Positions 10,542 to 27,066 are shown, counted from the stretch's first letter. The stretch: 64,000 nt of DNA from an uncultured Fibrobacterota bacterium (GCA_963729895.1 CAVSQB010000007.1:26374-90373); one strand, 5' to 3'. A program made the numbers and translations. The notes: a model not told the origin generated them from the letters alone.

Positions 10542-10599
10542 TCCTTTGGCTTTCATAATCAACATATAGTATATTTTCAAAACTTTTTTGCGCTAAAAC

Positions 10600-10675
10600 G
10601 CCGATGTAGCTCAGCTGATAGAGCATCCGACTTGTAATCGGATGGTCGGGGGTTTGATTCCCTCCATCGGCTCCA
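10600..10675 (+). tRNA. tRNA-Thr(TGT)
   Basis: Acceptor GCCGATG/CATCGGC, anticodon loop CT-TGT-AA, encoded CCA. Confidence 0.93.
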
Positions 10676-10708
10676 TTACAGAGCGGTAGTACAATTTAGC
10701 AATTTGAT

Positions 10709-10791
10709 GGGTAGGTGCCCGAGTGGTTAAAGGGGATGGACTGTAAATCCATTGGCTGACGCCTACGGTGGTTCGAAACCATCCCTACCCA
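10709..10791 (+). tRNA. tRNA-Tyr(GTA)
   Basis: Acceptor GGGTAGG/CCTACCC, loop CT-GTA-AA, long variable arm. Confidence 0.95.
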
Positions 10792-10800
10792 GATACGCAT

Positions 10801-10873
10801 GCGGGCATAGCTCAATTGGTAGAGCTCCACCCTTCCAAGGTGGCTGTTGTGAGTTCGAGTCTCATTGCCCGCT
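10801..10873 (+). tRNA. tRNA-Gly(TCC)
   Basis: Acceptor GCGGGCA/TGCCCGC, loop CT-TCC-AA. Confidence 0.95.
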
Positions 10874-10885
10874 TTTTCGACTTTC

Positions 10886-10959
10886 GCCCATGTAGCTCAG
10901 TTGGTAGAGCACATCCTTGGTAAGGATGAGGTTCATCGGTTCGATCCCGATCGTGGGCT
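10886..10959 (+). tRNA. tRNA-Thr(GGT)
   Basis: Acceptor GCCCATG/CGTGGGC, loop TT-GGT-AA, usual Thr-Tyr-Gly-Thr-tuf order. Confidence 0.95.
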
Positions 10960-11026
10960 TTTCGGAAAAAAACGATAGCCGATAATACCCATAACCTGTC
11001 TTTTTCACAATATCAAGGGGAGTCTC

Positions 11027-12232
11027 ATGGCAAAGGAAAAGTTCTCTCGAACCAAGCCGCATGTGAATGTCGGAACCATCGGTCACGTCGACCATGGCAA
11101 AACAACCTTGACGGCTGCGATAACGCGCGTCATGGAGACCAAGGGCCTGGCCAAATACGTTTCGTACGACCAGGTCGCCAAGGCATCCGAGTCGCAGGGA
11201 CGCAGGGACGAGACCAAGATCCTGACAATCGCGACATCGCATGTCGAGTACGAGTCGGAGAACCGCCATTATGCGCATGTCGACTGCCCCGGACACGCGG
11301 ACTATGTCAAGAACATGATCACGGGCGCGGCCCAGATGGACGGCGCAATCCTCGTGGTGAGCGCTGCCGACGGCCCCATGCCCCAGACGCGCGAACACAT
11401 CCTGCTTGCCCGTCAGGTGGGCGTGCCGTACATCGTCGTGTATCTCAACAAAGTCGACACCGTGGACGATCCCGAGCTGCTCGAACTCGTGGAACTCGAA
11501 GTGCGCGAACTCCTTACCAAATACGAATTCCCCGGCGATACGATCCCGATCATCCGCGGCAGCGCCATTCAGGCACTGCAGAACCCGACCGACCCGGAAA
11601 AGAACAAGAGCATCTTTGAGCTTATCGCGGCGGTCGACAAATACATTCCGACACCGAAGCGCGAGACGGACAAGCCGTTTCTCATGCCGGTGGAAGACGT
11701 GTTCTCCATCACCGGCCGCGGTACGGTCGCCACGGGCAGGGTGGAGCGCGGCACGGTGAAGGTCGGCGACGAGGTGGAGATCGTGGGTATCAAGGATACG
11801 CGCAAGACAGTGGTGACGGGCGTCGAAATGTTCCGCAAGCTGCTTGACAGAGCAGAGGCAGGAGACAACATCGGCTGCCTGCTGCGTGGCATTGAGAAAG
11901 ACGACATCGTGCGCGGCATGGTGCTTGCAAAGCCAGGTTCCATTACGCCGCACAAGAAGTTCAAGGCCCAAGTATATGTCTTGTCAAAGGAAGAAGGCGG
12001 CCGTCATACGCCGTTTTTTACCGGGTACCGTCCGCAGTTCTACTTCCGTACAACAGACGTTACCGGAAACCTTGCTCTTGCGCAGGGTGTGGAGATGCTC
12101 ATGCCCGGCGACAATGCGTCGCTTGAAGTGGAGCTTATAGCGCCCATAGCCATGGAAAAAGGGCTCAAGTTCGCGGTTCGCGAAGGCGGACGCACGGTAG
12201 GATCAGGCGTGGTTGCAGAAATTGTCGAATAG
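11027..12232 (+). CDS. tuf: Elongation factor Tu
   Basis: [28 protein letters not shown]. Confidence 0.98.
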   Translation: MAKEKFSRTKPHVNVGTIGHVDHGKTTLTAAITRVMETKGLAKYVSYDQVAKASESQGRRDETKILTIATSHVEYESENRHYAHVDCPGHADYVKNMITGAAQMDGAILVVSAADGPMPQTREHILLARQVGVPYIVVYLNKVDTVDDPELLELVELEVRELLTKYEFPGDTIPIIRGSAIQALQNPTDPEKNKSIFELIAAVDKYIPTPKRETDKPFLMPVEDVFSITGRGTVATGRVERGTVKVGDEVEIVGIKDTRKTVVTGVEMFRKLLDRAEAGDNIGCLLRGIEKDDIVRGMVLAKPGSITPHKKFKAQVYVLSKEEGGRHTPFFTGYRPQFYFRTTDVTGNLALAQGVEMLMPGDNASLEVELIAPIAMEKGLKFAVREGGRTVGSGVVAEIVE

Positions 12233-12313
12233 CTTTTTTGGCGAAGGGTGTGCTTTGCGGCACACCCGCTTTATCGGACGCGGTAACACTTATACAACGT
12301 ATCGGCGGTACAG

Positions 12314-12466
12314 ATGCCCAGAGAGATCATCCAGTTGGAATGCACGTCGTGCAAGAGGAATAATTATTCACTTATGAAGAATAAGCGTAAGCATTCGGAG
12401 CGTCTCGAACTGAAAAAATACTGCCCGTTCGAACGCAAACGTACGGTACATAAAGAAGCGCGTTGA
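12314..12466 (+). CDS. rpmG: 50S ribosomal protein L33 (not in ORF track)
   Basis: Translated by hand: MPREIIQLECTSCKRNNYSLMKNKRKHSERLELKKYCPFERKRTVHKEAR. Confidence 0.93.
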   Translation: MPREIIQLECTSCKRNNYSLMKNKRKHSERLELKKYCPFERKRTVHKEAR

Positions 12467-12599
12467 GTGCCTATTGCCTCTCCTATTTTCCCTGCTTTGT
12501 GCGAGTAGTAATGCGGCAAGCCGGACATTGCCAAAAGTATTTCGTCGGGTAGTGTGGTTTTCAATGTGTCACAATACAGTCTTGAGGTAAGTGTCACCT

Positions 12600-12672
12600 A
12601 GGTCTGTAGCTCAATTGGTAGAGTAGTGGTCTCCAAAACCATTGGTTGGGGGTTCGAGTCCCTCCAGACCTG
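12600..12672 (+). tRNA. tRNA-Trp(CCA)
   Basis: Acceptor AGGTCTG/CAGACCT, loop CT-CCA-AA, lies before secE. Confidence 0.95.
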
Positions 12673-12694
12673 ATTCAACAGACTGAGAACAGCC

Positions 12695-12886
12695 ATGCAG
12701 AAATTCATTCAGTATCTCAAAGACGTCCGCGCAGAAATGATCAAGGTGAGCTGGCCCAGCCGAAACGAGCTTTTCGGTGCGACCATGCTTGTGATCGTCC
12801 TCAGTCTCATCATGGCCGTTTTCGTATATGCATGCGACCAGGTGATAAACCGTATTGTCGGCCTGTTGCTCAAAATAAATCTGTAG
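12695..12886 (+). CDS. secE: Preprotein translocase subunit SecE
   Basis: EMIKVSWPSR followed by one TM helix, expected gene order. Confidence 0.92.
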   Translation: MQKFIQYLKDVRAEMIKVSWPSRNELFGATMLVIVLSLIMAVFVYACDQVINRIVGLLLKINL

Positions 12887-12909
12887 AAACGAATCTCAAG
12901 GATTTCCTC

Positions 12910-13440
12910 ATGGCAAAACGTTGGTATGCTGTCCACACTTACTCGGGCCAGGAAGCCAGGGTAATGGAATACATAACCGATCTTATCGCCGCTGGCGAAA
13001 TGAAAGACCAGATCGGTCAAGTGCTCATGCCGACGCACGATGTGGTTCATGTCAAGAACGGCAAGAAGATCAAGACGACACGCAAGTTCTTCCCGAGCTA
13101 CATTCTCGTGGAATTGGAATTGAATAAGGAAACTTCGCATTTCATACGAAATGTCAATGGCGTGACCGGATTCGTGGGCGGGAAGAAGCCACAGCCCCTT
13201 CGCGAGGAAGAGGTAAACCGGATCTTGGGTCAAACGGAAAAAAACACCCGGCAGCAAATTTCCGAAGTGCCGTTCGAAATCGGCGACGCGGTGAAGATAA
13301 AAGAAGGCCCGTTCAAGGATTTCGACGGCGTAGTCGACGAAATTCATCCGGAAAAAGGCAAGGTCAAGGTCATGGTCAGCGTGTTCGGCCGCTCGACCCC
13401 GGTCGAACTCGATTTCATGCATGTCAATCCTATAAGTTAA
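12910..13440 (+). CDS. nusG: Transcription factor NusG
   Basis: [19 protein letters not shown] motif, [10 protein letters not shown]. Confidence 0.95.
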   Translation: MAKRWYAVHTYSGQEARVMEYITDLIAAGEMKDQIGQVLMPTHDVVHVKNGKKIKTTRKFFPSYILVELELNKETSHFIRNVNGVTGFVGGKKPQPLREEEVNRILGQTEKNTRQQISEVPFEIGDAVKIKEGPFKDFDGVVDEIHPEKGKVKVMVSVFGRSTPVELDFMHVNPIS

Positions 13441-13462
13441 TACAGCGAAAGGGGTACGTCCT

Positions 13463-13888
13463 TTGGCAAAGAAAGTCAACGCAATCATAAAGCTGCAGAT
13501 TCCGGGCGGCCAGGCGAATCCCGCGCCCCCGGTGGGACCGGCGCTCGGCCAGCATGGTGTCAACATCATGGAGTTTTGCAAATCGTTTAACGCAAAGACC
13601 AAGGACGCCAACGGCATGATCATTCCGGTCGTCATCACGGTGTACGCCGATCGCTCGTTCACTTTCATCACCAAGACACCACCCGTGTCGGTCCTAATCC
13701 TCAAGGAACTCGGGCTGGAGAAGGGGTCGGGCGTTCCCAACAAAGACAAGGTAGGAACCCTTACCAAGGTACAGGTGAAAAAGATCGCGGAAACCAAGAT
13801 GCCCGACCTCAACGCGGCGAGCATCGATGCGGCGATGCGGATCGTGGCCGGAACGGCTCGCAGCATGGGCGTCAACGTCGCCGACTGA
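13463..13888 (+). CDS. rplK: 50S ribosomal protein L11
   Basis: [22 protein letters not shown]. Confidence 0.97.
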   Translation: MAKKVNAIIKLQIPGGQANPAPPVGPALGQHGVNIMEFCKSFNAKTKDANGMIIPVVITVYADRSFTFITKTPPVSVLILKELGLEKGSGVPNKDKVGTLTKVQVKKIAETKMPDLNAASIDAAMRIVAGTARSMGVNVAD

Positions 13889-13917
13889 AGCGAAGTTTAC
13901 AAAGGGAGCTCTCATAC

Positions 13918-14616
13918 ATGAAACGTCACGGCAAGAAGTGGAAGGCCTCTCGGACCAAGATCGACAAGACAAAGGAATACGCGCTTGGCGAGGCGGTGGA
14001 ATTCCTGAAGGCCAACAAGGCGACAAAGTTCGACGAAACGGTCGAGGTGGCCGTCAATCTCGGCATCGACCCCAAGAAGAGCGATCAGAACGTGCGCGGC
14101 GCCGTGGTGCTCCCGCACGGCCTGGGAAAAACGGTCCGCGTCCTCGCGTTTGCGCAGGGCGCCAAGGCCGACGAGTCCCGCGAAGCCGGTGCGGACTTCG
14201 TTGGCGCGGAAGACATGGCCGAGAAGATCACCGGCGGGTGGCTCGAGTTCGACGCCTGCATCGCAACGCCCGACATGATGAAGGTGGTGGGAAAGCTCGG
14301 GAAGATCCTGGGTACGCGCGGCCTCATGCCCAACCCCAAGGTCGGAACGGTCACCATGGACATCGGCAAGGCGATCAAGGAACTCAAGCGGGGAAAAGTG
14401 GAATTCAGGGCCGAAAAAGGCGGCATTGTGCATGCGCCGCTGGGAAAACTTTCGTTCGACTCCGCCAAGCTTGTTGAAAACGTCAAGGCGTTTCTCGATG
14501 CGCTTTCCAAAGCGAAGCCGTCGTCGGCAAAAGGGCAGTTTCTCAAGAAAGTCGTGCTCACCAGCACCATGGGGCAGGGCGTGAAGCTGGTCACTGTTGC
14601 AGAAGCAAAGGCATAA
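13918..14616 (+). CDS. rplA: 50S ribosomal protein L1
   Basis: [27 protein letters not shown]. Confidence 0.97.
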   Translation: MKRHGKKWKASRTKIDKTKEYALGEAVEFLKANKATKFDETVEVAVNLGIDPKKSDQNVRGAVVLPHGLGKTVRVLAFAQGAKADESREAGADFVGAEDMAEKITGGWLEFDACIATPDMMKVVGKLGKILGTRGLMPNPKVGTVTMDIGKAIKELKRGKVEFRAEKGGIVHAPLGKLSFDSAKLVENVKAFLDALSKAKPSSAKGQFLKKVVLTSTMGQGVKLVTVAEAKA

Positions 14617-14671
14617 CGGCGCCGTGCGCCGGCCAGACTCGAATAACACCTAGAAAAAGGCATAGACTCAC

Positions 14672-15226
14672 ATGGCGACCAGAACCCAAAGAACGCAGTC
14701 GATAGAAATCCTGGAAAAGGAATTCAGGGACGCGAAGGGAATCTATCTCACCAACATCAACAGGATCGACGTTGAGAAGATCACCAAGCTGCGCAACGAA
14801 ATCCGCAAAAAGGGCATGAAATACATCGTTGTCAAGAACACCCTTGCGAGAATCGCGCTCGAACGGTGCGGCAAGAAAGAACTCACGCCGTTCCTCAAAG
14901 GCCAGATCGGCGTGGTGGTCGCCCAAAACGAGAGCATGGCCCCTGCCAAGATCATCAGGGATTTCCAGAAGGAATTCGGGAAGGACAACCTCAAGAACAT
15001 TCTCGAAGTCAAGATCGCCTATGTGGACGGCGCAACGTTCGGCGGCCAGGACACGGCGCGGCTTGCCGACATTCCATCCCGCGAGGTCCTGCTGTCGCAA
15101 CTGCTCGGCGTGTTGCAGGCGCCGATGACAAAATTCGCGGGTACGCTTCTCGGCGTGCTCACCACATTTGCGGGAACGGTGGACGCGGTGAGGAAAAAGA
15201 AAGAGTCCGAATCCCCGGCTCCCTAG
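14672..15226 (+). CDS. rplJ: 50S ribosomal protein L10
   Basis: VVKNTLARIA, LADIPSREVLLSQL, gene order. Confidence 0.94.
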   Translation: MATRTQRTQSIEILEKEFRDAKGIYLTNINRIDVEKITKLRNEIRKKGMKYIVVKNTLARIALERCGKKELTPFLKGQIGVVVAQNESMAPAKIIRDFQKEFGKDNLKNILEVKIAYVDGATFGGQDTARLADIPSREVLLSQLLGVLQAPMTKFAGTLLGVLTTFAGTVDAVRKKKESESPAP

Positions 15227-15304
15227 TACGGCGGGCCGCGGATCACGGCAATCACGAATATGAGGAATTCACAACAATAACTTTCAAGATATGGAGGTAC
15301 TCCT

Positions 15305-15691
15305 GTGGCGACTTTAACGAATGAAGAACTGGTTGATGCGATCGGCGGCAAGACGGTGCTTGAGTTGTGCGATCTTATCAAGGCCATCGAAGACAAATTC
15401 GGCGTCAAGGCCGCGGCTCCCGTCGCGGTCGCAGCCGCTCCTGCGGCAGGCGCTGCAGCTGCGGCCCCGGCCGAGGAGAAGACGGAGTTCTCCGTGATTC
15501 TCAAGGAGGGCGGCGCCAAGAAGATCCAGGTGATCAAGGTCGTTCGCGCCGTTACCGGCCTGGGACTCAAAGAGGCGAAAGACCTGGTTGAGGGCGCTCC
15601 CAAGGCGGTCAAGGAAGCGATTCCCAAAGCAGAGGCGGAGAGCATCAAGAAACAGCTGGAAGAAAACGGCGCCGTCGTTGAGATCAAGTAG
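15305..15691 (+). CDS. rplL: 50S ribosomal protein L7/L12
   Basis: Ala-rich hinge, [18 protein letters not shown]. Confidence 0.97.
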   Translation: MATLTNEELVDAIGGKTVLELCDLIKAIEDKFGVKAAAPVAVAAAPAAGAAAAAPAEEKTEFSVILKEGGAKKIQVIKVVRAVTGLGLKEAKDLVEGAPKAVKEAIPKAEAESIKKQLEENGAVVEIK

Positions 15692-15891
15692 CAAAAGATC
15701 ATTACCCAAGGAATCCTATACCGGTTGCTTGCATCCTTAAAACAGAGTCATTCCTTTTGGCGGGAGCACGAAATGCTCAGAGGAGCGTTTCGTGCTCGCT
15801 ATTGGAAAATCGGATCGGTTCCCGGGCTTGCCGATGTTCAATCGGAACGGCGCACGGATGTTTTCAACGCACAAACTGAGGGGATACGCGA

Positions 15892-18800
15892 ATGGTAGAA
15901 CGTAGAAGTTATTCCCGCATTCCAAAAGTCATGGACTTGCCGGATCTTCTGGAGATACAGACCAAGTCGTACAGTGTCTTTTTGCAAGCCGACGTTCCGC
16001 CCCGATTGAGAAAAAAGCAGGGACTCAACGGCGTGTTCCAAAGCCTGTTTCCGGTCAACGACGTCAAGGGATATTATTCCCTTGAATTCGACGGGTACAA
16101 GCTCGGGGTCCCCAAGTATACAATAAAGGAATGCAAGGAACGCGGCATGACCTTTGCCGCGCCGCTCAAGGTCGACATGTCGCTGCTCGTGTACGAACAG
16201 GACGGTGAGGTCAAGAAGTTCGTTGAAAAGATAACCAACGAAGTCTACGTCGGCGAAATCCCGCTCATGACGGACCGCGGAACGTTTGTCGTCAACGGCG
16301 CGGAGCGGGTCATCGTGAGCCAGCTCCACCGTTCGCCCGGCATCACCTTTGACGAAGAAGAACAGCCCAACGGCGAAAAGGAGATGACCGCCCGCATCAT
16401 TCCGCAGCGCGGCTCGTGGGTCGAGATGATCCTCGATGCCGACGACGTCCTCACCATCAACATCGACCGCCGTAAGAAGATGCCGGCCACCATTCTCCTG
16501 CGCGCGCTCGGCTATTCCACCGACGAGAAGATCCTTGCCGTGTTTCACGAGCGCGAGAGCGTGGAGGTGAACCCCAAGAACAAGGCCGCCATCGTCGGCA
16601 ACGTCAACGCGGTGACGATCTTCAACAAGGAGACCGGCGAAATCATCATCGATGCCAACGAGATCATCACCGAGGAAAAATATGCGGGCATCGTGGCGAA
16701 CAAAATTGACAAAGTACAGATCCTCGCCCACGTGTCGAACCCCGAGAACATGATCATCCGCAACACCATCGCCATCGACCCCACCAAGTCCGAGGAAGAG
16801 GCGCTCTTTTACATTTACGCCACCATGCGGCCGGGCGATCCGCCCAACGTGGAAACCGCCCGCAACCTCGTGCAGCGCCTGTTCTTCGACGAAAAACGCT
16901 ACGACCTCGGCAACGTGGGACGGTACAGGCTCAACACCAGGCTCAACCTCACCAGCGAGGAAGGCCAGAACACGCTCACCAAAGACGATTTCGTGGCCGC
17001 GTTCAAGTACCTCATCGGCCTCGGCGGCGGCGAGGGATTCATCGACGACATCGACCACCTCGGCAACCGCCGCGTGCGGAGCGTGGGCGAGCTCCTGTCC
17101 GCGCAGTTCACGGTGGGGCTCACCAGGATGGTTCGCACCATCCGCGAGCGGCTCAGCCTGCGCGACAACGAAAACATCACCCCGCAGGACCTCATCAACG
17201 CGCGCACCGTGTCAACCGTTGTCCAGGCGTTTTTCGGATCGTCCCAGTTGTCGCAGTTCCTCGACCAGACCAACCCGCTGTCCGAGCTCACGCACAAGCG
17301 GCGCGTAAGCGCGCTCGGGCCCGGCGGACTCACGCGCGAACGCGCGGGGTTCGAGGTGCGCGACGTGCACCACACGCATTACGGGCGCCTGTGTCCCATC
17401 GAGACGCCCGAAGGACCCAACATCGGCCTCATCGCCTCGCTGTCCACCTACGCGCGGGTCAACGAATTCGGGTTCATCGAGACGCCGTACCAGAAGATCG
17501 AGGACGGCAAGCTTACCCGCGACATCAATTACCTCACGGCGGACCAGGAAGACAACTACAAGATCGCCCAGGCGAACACGCCTATTGACGAGAAGGGGAA
17601 AATCACCGAGACCTTCGTGTTCGCGCGGTACCGCGGCGACTTCCTCCTGCTCACCCCCAAGGACGTCACCTACATGGACATTTCTCCCATGCAGCTCGTG
17701 AGCGTCGCGGCGGGGCTCATTCCGTTCCTCGAACACGACGACGCGAACCGCGCCCTCATGGGTTCCAACATGCAGCGCCAGGCCGTGCCGCTGTTCAACA
17801 CCGAGGCGCCGCTCATCGGCACCGGACTGGAATACCGTGCCGCGGTCGACTCGGGATGCATGGTCACCGCGCGCAATCCCGGGGTCATCGAGAAGGTGGA
17901 TGCCAACACCATCGTGGTGCGCAAGGCCAAGAGCGCTGCCGCAGACGACATCCTGGGCCTCACGGAGTTCGACTCCTACGATCTTGTCAAGTACGAGCGG
18001 TCCAACCAGGACACCTGCATCAACCAGAAGGTGTGCGTCAAGGCCGGCGACAAGGTGAAGATCGGCGACGTGCTCGCCGACGGTCACGCCACAAAAGAGG
18101 GCGAACTCGCCCTCGGCCGCAACGTCATGGTGGCGTTCATGCCCTGGCGGGGCTACAACTTCGAAGACGCGATCATCATATCCGAGAAGCTGGTTGCCGA
18201 CGACATCTACACGTCCCTGCACATCGAGGTCTTCGAGACCGAGGTGCGCGACACCAAGCGCGGTCCCGAGGAACTCACCCGCGAGATCCCCAACGTGAGC
18301 GAAGACGCGGTAAAGAACCTCGACGAGACGGGCGTGGTCCGCGTCGGCACCGAGGTGGAAGCGGGCGATATTCTTGTCGGTAAAGTGACCCCCAAGGGCG
18401 AAACCGAACTGTCCCCCGAAGAGCGCCTCCTGCGCGCCATCTTCGGAGAAAAGGCGGGGGACGTGCGCGACTCGTCGCTCAAGGCGCCGCCCGGACTCAA
18501 GGGCATCGTGATGGACACGCGCATCTACTCCCGCAAAGAACGCGACAAGCGGTCCAAGAAAAAAGACAAGAAGATCATCGACGAGATGAAACTCTCCATC
18601 AGCAAGCAGATCGCCGACATCGAGAAGGCGAGGCTCGAAAAACTCACCGGCCTCCTCGGCGACACGGTTTCACGCGCCATCACCAATGTCCACACGGGCG
18701 AAACAATCGTTCCCGAAGGTAGGAAGTGGACAAAGCAATTGCTTAACAAGATCGATTTTTCGAGCATCGCCTTCAAGACGGGCCTGTGCAGCGACACGGC

Positions 18801-19671
18801 CAGAAACAAGAAGGCCGAAGAGGTGCTGTACCGCGCCAACGACCTGATCGCCAGGCTCGAAGACAAGCTCGACAAGGAGATCGACAAGATCGTCCGCGGC
18901 GACGAACTCAAGCCCGGCGTTCTCCAGCTTGTAAAGGTATACATCGCCAAGAAGCGTAAGCTCTCGGTGGGAGACAAGATGGCCGGGCGCCACGGCAACA
19001 AGGGCGTCATCTCCAAGATCGTTCCCGCCGAAGACCTGCCGTTTTTGCCCGACGGCACGCCGGTGGACATCATTCTCAACCCGCTCGGGGTCCCTTCGCG
19101 CATGAACTTCGGCCAGATTCTCGAGACGCACATGGGCTGGGCCGCGGCGAAACTGGGGCTCCGTATCTCCACGCCCGTGTTCGACGGCGCCACCGCCGAC
19201 GATGTCGACAAGCTGCTCGCCCAGGCCAAGCTTCCCAAAACGGGGAAGATCCAGCTTCGCGACGGCAGGACCGGCGAACCGTTCGACCGCGAAATAACGG
19301 TGGGGCCCATTTACATGATGAAGCTCTGCCACCTCGTGGACGACAAGATCCACGCCCGGTCCATCGGCCCGTATTCGCTGGTCACGCAGCAGCCCCTCGG
19401 GGGAAAATCGCAGTTCGGCGGGCAGCGTTTCGGCGAGATGGAAGTGTGGGCGCTCGAGGCGTACGGCGCGGCGTACACGCTCCAGCAGATCCTCACGGTC
19501 AAAAGCGACGATCTCACCGGGCGGTCCAAGATATACGAATCGATTGTCAAGGGAGAAAATTCTCCCCAGTCGGGCGTGCCGGAATCGTTCAAGGTCCTCA
19601 TCCGTGAAATCAAGGCGCTTGCTCTCAACATAGATGTAAAAATGGGTGATGAAGTGTACAAGGCCATGTAA
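15892..19671 (+). CDS. rpoB: RNA polymerase beta subunit
   Basis: [38 protein letters not shown]. Confidence 0.98.
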   Translation: MVERRSYSRIPKVMDLPDLLEIQTKSYSVFLQADVPPRLRKKQGLNGVFQSLFPVNDVKGYYSLEFDGYKLGVPKYTIKECKERGMTFAAPLKVDMSLLVYEQDGEVKKFVEKITNEVYVGEIPLMTDRGTFVVNGAERVIVSQLHRSPGITFDEEEQPNGEKEMTARIIPQRGSWVEMILDADDVLTINIDRRKKMPATILLRALGYSTDEKILAVFHERESVEVNPKNKAAIVGNVNAVTIFNKETGEIIIDANEIITEEKYAGIVANKIDKVQILAHVSNPENMIIRNTIAIDPTKSEEEALFYIYATMRPGDPPNVETARNLVQRLFFDEKRYDLGNVGRYRLNTRLNLTSEEGQNTLTKDDFVAAFKYLIGLGGGEGFIDDIDHLGNRRVRSVGELLSAQFTVGLTRMVRTIRERLSLRDNENITPQDLINARTVSTVVQAFFGSSQLSQFLDQTNPLSELTHKRRVSALGPGGLTRERAGFEVRDVHHTHYGRLCPIETPEGPNIGLIASLSTYARVNEFGFIETPYQKIEDGKLTRDINYLTADQEDNYKIAQANTPIDEKGKITETFVFARYRGDFLLLTPKDVTYMDISPMQLVSVAAGLIPFLEHDDANRALMGSNMQRQAVPLFNTEAPLIGTGLEYRAAVDSGCMVTARNPGVIEKVDANTIVVRKAKSAAADDILGLTEFDSYDLVKYERSNQDTCINQKVCVKAGDKVKIGDVLADGHATKEGELALGRNVMVAFMPWRGYNFEDAIIISEKLVADDIYTSLHIEVFETEVRDTKRGPEELTREIPNVSEDAVKNLDETGVVRVGTEVEAGDILVGKVTPKGETELSPEERLLRAIFGEKAGDVRDSSLKAPPGLKGIVMDTRIYSRKERDKRSKKKDKKIIDEMKLSISKQIADIEKARLEKLTGLLGDTVSRAITNVHTGETIVPEGRKWTKQLLNKIDFSSIAFKTGLCSDTARNKKAEEVLYRANDLIARLEDKLDKEIDKIVRGDELKPGVLQLVKVYIAKKRKLSVGDKMAGRHGNKGVISKIVPAEDLPFLPDGTPVDIILNPLGVPSRMNFGQILETHMGWAAAKLGLRISTPVFDGATADDVDKLLAQAKLPKTGKIQLRDGRTGEPFDREITVGPIYMMKLCHLVDDKIHARSIGPYSLVTQQPLGGKSQFGGQRFGEMEVWALEAYGAAYTLQQILTVKSDDLTGRSKIYESIVKGENSPQSGVPESFKVLIREIKALALNIDVKMGDEVYKAM

Positions 19672-19693
19672 GGGGTGGTGTAACCGTTCAACG

Positions 19694-19756
19694 GTTGAAA
19701 AGTTGAGAGGTTGAAAAGTTGAAAAGTTTCAAACCCTTGACGCCGAACCCTTGAAC
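19694..19756. repeat. Short tandem repeats in the rpoB-rpoC spacer
   Basis: Four GTTGA(A/G)A(A/G) 8-mers, then AACCCTTGA twice. Confidence 0.7.
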
Positions 19757-19772
19757 CCAAGGAGGAACAGCG

Positions 19773-23849
<4,077 letters not shown>

Positions 23850-23922
23850 GCGCCCTGTCCCATTTGTGTTACGCGGTGGCGTGTATTATTTTGAAAAATT
23901 GTCTTTTTCCGGAGGATAGCAG

Positions 23923-24300
23923 GTGCCCACAATCAGTCAACTCATTCGGAGCGGAAGAAATATCCTTTCTTCCAAAAGCAAGGCAGGCGCGTTGCAGAAG
24001 TGCCCGCAGCGGCGGGGCGTATGCATCAGGGTTTTCACCACCACGCCCAAGAAGCCGAATTCGGCGCTTCGCAAGGTCGCGCGCGTCCGTCTCACCAATC
24101 ATATCGAGGTGAATGCCTATATCCCCGGAGAGGGCCATAATCTGCAGGAACACTCAATCGTTCTTACCCGCGGCGGCCGCGTAAAAGACGTGCCGGGCGT
24201 GCGCTACCACATCATCCGCGGGGCGCTCGACACCCAGGGGGTGGAAGATCGCAGGCGGGGTCGGTCCAAATACGGCGCCAAGAAGCCGAAGAAGAAATAG
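23923..24300 (+). CDS. rpsL: 30S ribosomal protein S12
   Basis: [22 protein letters not shown]. Confidence 0.98.
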   Translation: MPTISQLIRSGRNILSSKSKAGALQKCPQRRGVCIRVFTTTPKKPNSALRKVARVRLTNHIEVNAYIPGEGHNLQEHSIVLTRGGRVKDVPGVRYHIIRGALDTQGVEDRRRGRSKYGAKKPKKK

Positions 24301-24312
24301 GAATTCGAAGCT

Positions 24313-24783
24313 ATGTCACGAAGAAGAAGTTCGCACCGGAAAGATTTCATCCCGGACCCGAAGTACAAGAGCGTGCTGATAACGCAGTTTATCAACAACC
24401 TCCTGAGACGCGGCAAGAAGCGTCTTGCCGAGACCGTCGTGTACGACGCCATCGAGCTCGCGGGGCAGCGCACCAATCAGGACGGCATCGGCGTGTTCAA
24501 GAAGGCGGTCGACAATGTAAAGCCCACGGTCGAGGTCAAGAGCCGCCGCGTGGGCGGGGCAAACTATCAGGTGCCCGTTGAGGTGGCGTCCGACCGGAGG
24601 ACGTCGCTGGCCATCCGTTGGCTCATCACCTATGCAAAGGAACGCACCGAGAAAAGCATGGCCGAAAAACTCGCCAACGAATTCGTCCAGGCGTCCAAGA
24701 ACGAGGGCGGCGCGGTCCGGAAAAAGATCGATACGCACAAGATGGCAGAGGCTAACAAGGCATTCGTCATTTTCAGATGGTAG
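24313..24783 (+). CDS. rpsG: 30S ribosomal protein S7
   Basis: SRRVGGANYQVP, HKMAEANKAF. Confidence 0.97.
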   Translation: MSRRRSSHRKDFIPDPKYKSVLITQFINNLLRRGKKRLAETVVYDAIELAGQRTNQDGIGVFKKAVDNVKPTVEVKSRRVGGANYQVPVEVASDRRTSLAIRWLITYAKERTEKSMAEKLANEFVQASKNEGGAVRKKIDTHKMAEANKAFVIFRW

Positions 24784-24890
24784 CCCTTCCGCGTGCGGAG
24801 GCCGCCGTCTGCGCATTCGCGGGGTAGGTTCTTTTACAGTCCGGGAACAATCAAGGTCGTACCAGGCAAAGACTGCGGGACAGCGGGAAC

Positions 24891-26975
24891 ATGGACAAGA
24901 CATTTCCGTTAAGCAACGTGCGAAACATCGGGATCATGGCCCACATCGATGCCGGGAAGACCACCACCACCGAACGGATCCTGTACTATACCGGGATCAT
25001 CCACCGGATCGGGGAAGTCGATGACGGCAATACCGTCATGGACTGGATGCAGCAGGAGCGTGAGCGGGGAATCACCATCACCTCCGCGGCGATCACCACC
25101 GAGTGGAAAGGCGTTCGGATCAATATTATAGATACTCCCGGGCATGTGGATTTTACGGTTGAAGTCGAGCGTTCTTTGAGAGTTCTGGATGGCGCAGTTG
25201 CCATATTCGATTCGGTTGGAGGCGTGGAACCTCAGTCGGAAACGGTCTGGAGACAGGCTGACACGTACAACGTTCCTCGAATCGCGTTTGTGAATAAGAT
25301 GGACCGTGTGGGGGCCGATTTCAAGAATGTCGTCCGCATGATGGAGCAGAAGCTTGGAGCGGCGGCGGTTCCCGTCCAGGTGCCGGTCGGCGCCGAGGAC
25401 ACGTTTACCGGCGTCATCGACCTCATCAGGATGAAACAGTATCGGTACGGAGAAGAAGATCTGGGTGCAACGGTGACGGAACACGACATTCCCGCGGACT
25501 ATGCCGACGAAGCGCGGCACTACCGGCATATGATGCTCGAAAAAATCTGCGATTTCGACGAGGAATTCATGCACCAGTTGCTGGAGGACAAGACGCCCGG
25601 TGAATCGCTTGTCAAGCGGGCGATACGGGCCGGCGTTCTGTCGGGAAAGGTGAGTCCGGTGTTGTGCGGGGCCTCGTTCAAGAACAAGGGAGTGCAGCAG
25701 TTGATCGATGCAATCGTCGACTTTCTCCCCAGTCCTTTGGACAGGAACACGGTGCACGGGTTCGATCCCAAGGCGGGGCACCAGGTCACGCGTTCCGCGC
25801 AGGACAGCGAACCGTTTTGCGCCCTGGTTTTCAAGATCGTGTCCGATCCGCACATAGGACGTCTGGCGTTTGCGCGGGCCTATTCGGGTGCCATCGATCT
25901 CAAGAGCACCCTTCTCAATCCTCGCACCAATTCCCGGGAGCGGATCACCCGCATCTTCCGCATGCATTCCAACAAGCGGAAACCGGAACAGAGCATGCAC
26001 GCGGGAGACATCATGGGACTGGCGGGCCTTAAAGATACGGCGACGGGCGATACGGTCTGCGATCCAGAGCACCCCATCTCGCTCGAGCAGATGACGTTCC
26101 CGCAGCCGGTGATATCCCGGTCCATAGAGCCGAAGAGCACGGGCGATGAAGAAAAACTCAACGGCGCACTTGCGCGCCTGGTCGACGAAGATCCCACGTG
26201 CACGGTGAAACTTGACCCCGAAACAGGGCAAACAATCATCTCCGGGATGGGAGAACTTCACCTGGAGATCCTGATAGACAGGTTGACGCGCGAATTCAAC
26301 GTTGAAGCGCACATCGGAAAACCGCAGGTATCCTATAGGGAAACAATTACCGGAAGCACGGTTGAAGCGTTCGAACTGTCCCAGCTTATCGGGGGCAAGA
26401 ACCAGTATGCAAAACTCGTGCTTTCCGTTGAACAGATAAGTCCCGCTCGCGGAACCGAATTCGAAAGCAAGCTTTCACAAAAGTCAATTCCAGCCGAATT
26501 CGTGAATGCGGCAAAACAGGGAATTGTCGAAACATCGAGCGGCGGCGTGATGTCCGGGTATCCGCTCACGGGCGTCCGCACTACGCTCAAGGGACTGGAC
26601 TTTCGCGAGGACGAATCCACGGAAATGGCGTTCAAGATCGCCGGGTCCATGGCGTTCAAGAATGCGTGCGCGCGGTGCACGCCGGCCCTGCTGGAGCCGG
26701 TGATGAAGGTTGAAGTCGTGGTCCCGCCCGATTACATGGGGGCGGTCATCAACGATCTCAACGCGAGGCGGGGCAGGATAAGCGGCATTACCGCGCGCAA
26801 GGACGCGCAGATCATCGGGGGAGAGGCGCCGCTGTCGGAAATGTTCGGCTATGCAACCATGCTGCGCTCTTTGACACAAGGAAGAGCCGTTTACTCGATG
26901 CAGTTCGATCATTACGAGCAGACAACCAAGACGGTTCAGGACGAGATTCTCAAACGGATTGGAAGAATATGGTAA
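24891..26975 (+). CDS. fusA: Elongation factor G with divergent domain IV
   Basis: [32 protein letters not shown], position in the str operon. Confidence 0.93.
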   Translation: MDKTFPLSNVRNIGIMAHIDAGKTTTTERILYYTGIIHRIGEVDDGNTVMDWMQQERERGITITSAAITTEWKGVRINIIDTPGHVDFTVEVERSLRVLDGAVAIFDSVGGVEPQSETVWRQADTYNVPRIAFVNKMDRVGADFKNVVRMMEQKLGAAAVPVQVPVGAEDTFTGVIDLIRMKQYRYGEEDLGATVTEHDIPADYADEARHYRHMMLEKICDFDEEFMHQLLEDKTPGESLVKRAIRAGVLSGKVSPVLCGASFKNKGVQQLIDAIVDFLPSPLDRNTVHGFDPKAGHQVTRSAQDSEPFCALVFKIVSDPHIGRLAFARAYSGAIDLKSTLLNPRTNSRERITRIFRMHSNKRKPEQSMHAGDIMGLAGLKDTATGDTVCDPEHPISLEQMTFPQPVISRSIEPKSTGDEEKLNGALARLVDEDPTCTVKLDPETGQTIISGMGELHLEILIDRLTREFNVEAHIGKPQVSYRETITGSTVEAFELSQLIGGKNQYAKLVLSVEQISPARGTEFESKLSQKSIPAEFVNAAKQGIVETSSGGVMSGYPLTGVRTTLKGLDFREDESTEMAFKIAGSMAFKNACARCTPALLEPVMKVEVVVPPDYMGAVINDLNARRGRISGITARKDAQIIGGEAPLSEMFGYATMLRSLTQGRAVYSMQFDHYEQTTKTVQDEILKRIGRIW

Positions 26976-27066
26976 CCTCACCCCAACACCCCGGTCCTTC
27001 GGGCCACCCCTCTTCCCCTCTCCCACTGGGAGAGGGGAAGAGGGGACGGGGGTGATGAGGTGAGGT
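26975..27066. repeat. Long palindromic REP-like repeat
   Basis: ACCTCAC...CCCCTCTTCCCCTCTCCC-ACT-GGGAGAGGGGAAGAGGGG...GTGAGGT. Confidence 0.85.

Noticed and set aside
10649..10665. tRNA-Thr(TGT) T-loop TTTGATT instead of TTCGA, as a pseudo-tRNA
   Set aside because: All stems pair, CCA is encoded and the operon position is canonical.
12646..12909. N-terminal extension of NusG in the ORF track
   Set aside because: Overlaps tRNA-Trp and secE. The real start is ATG 12910.
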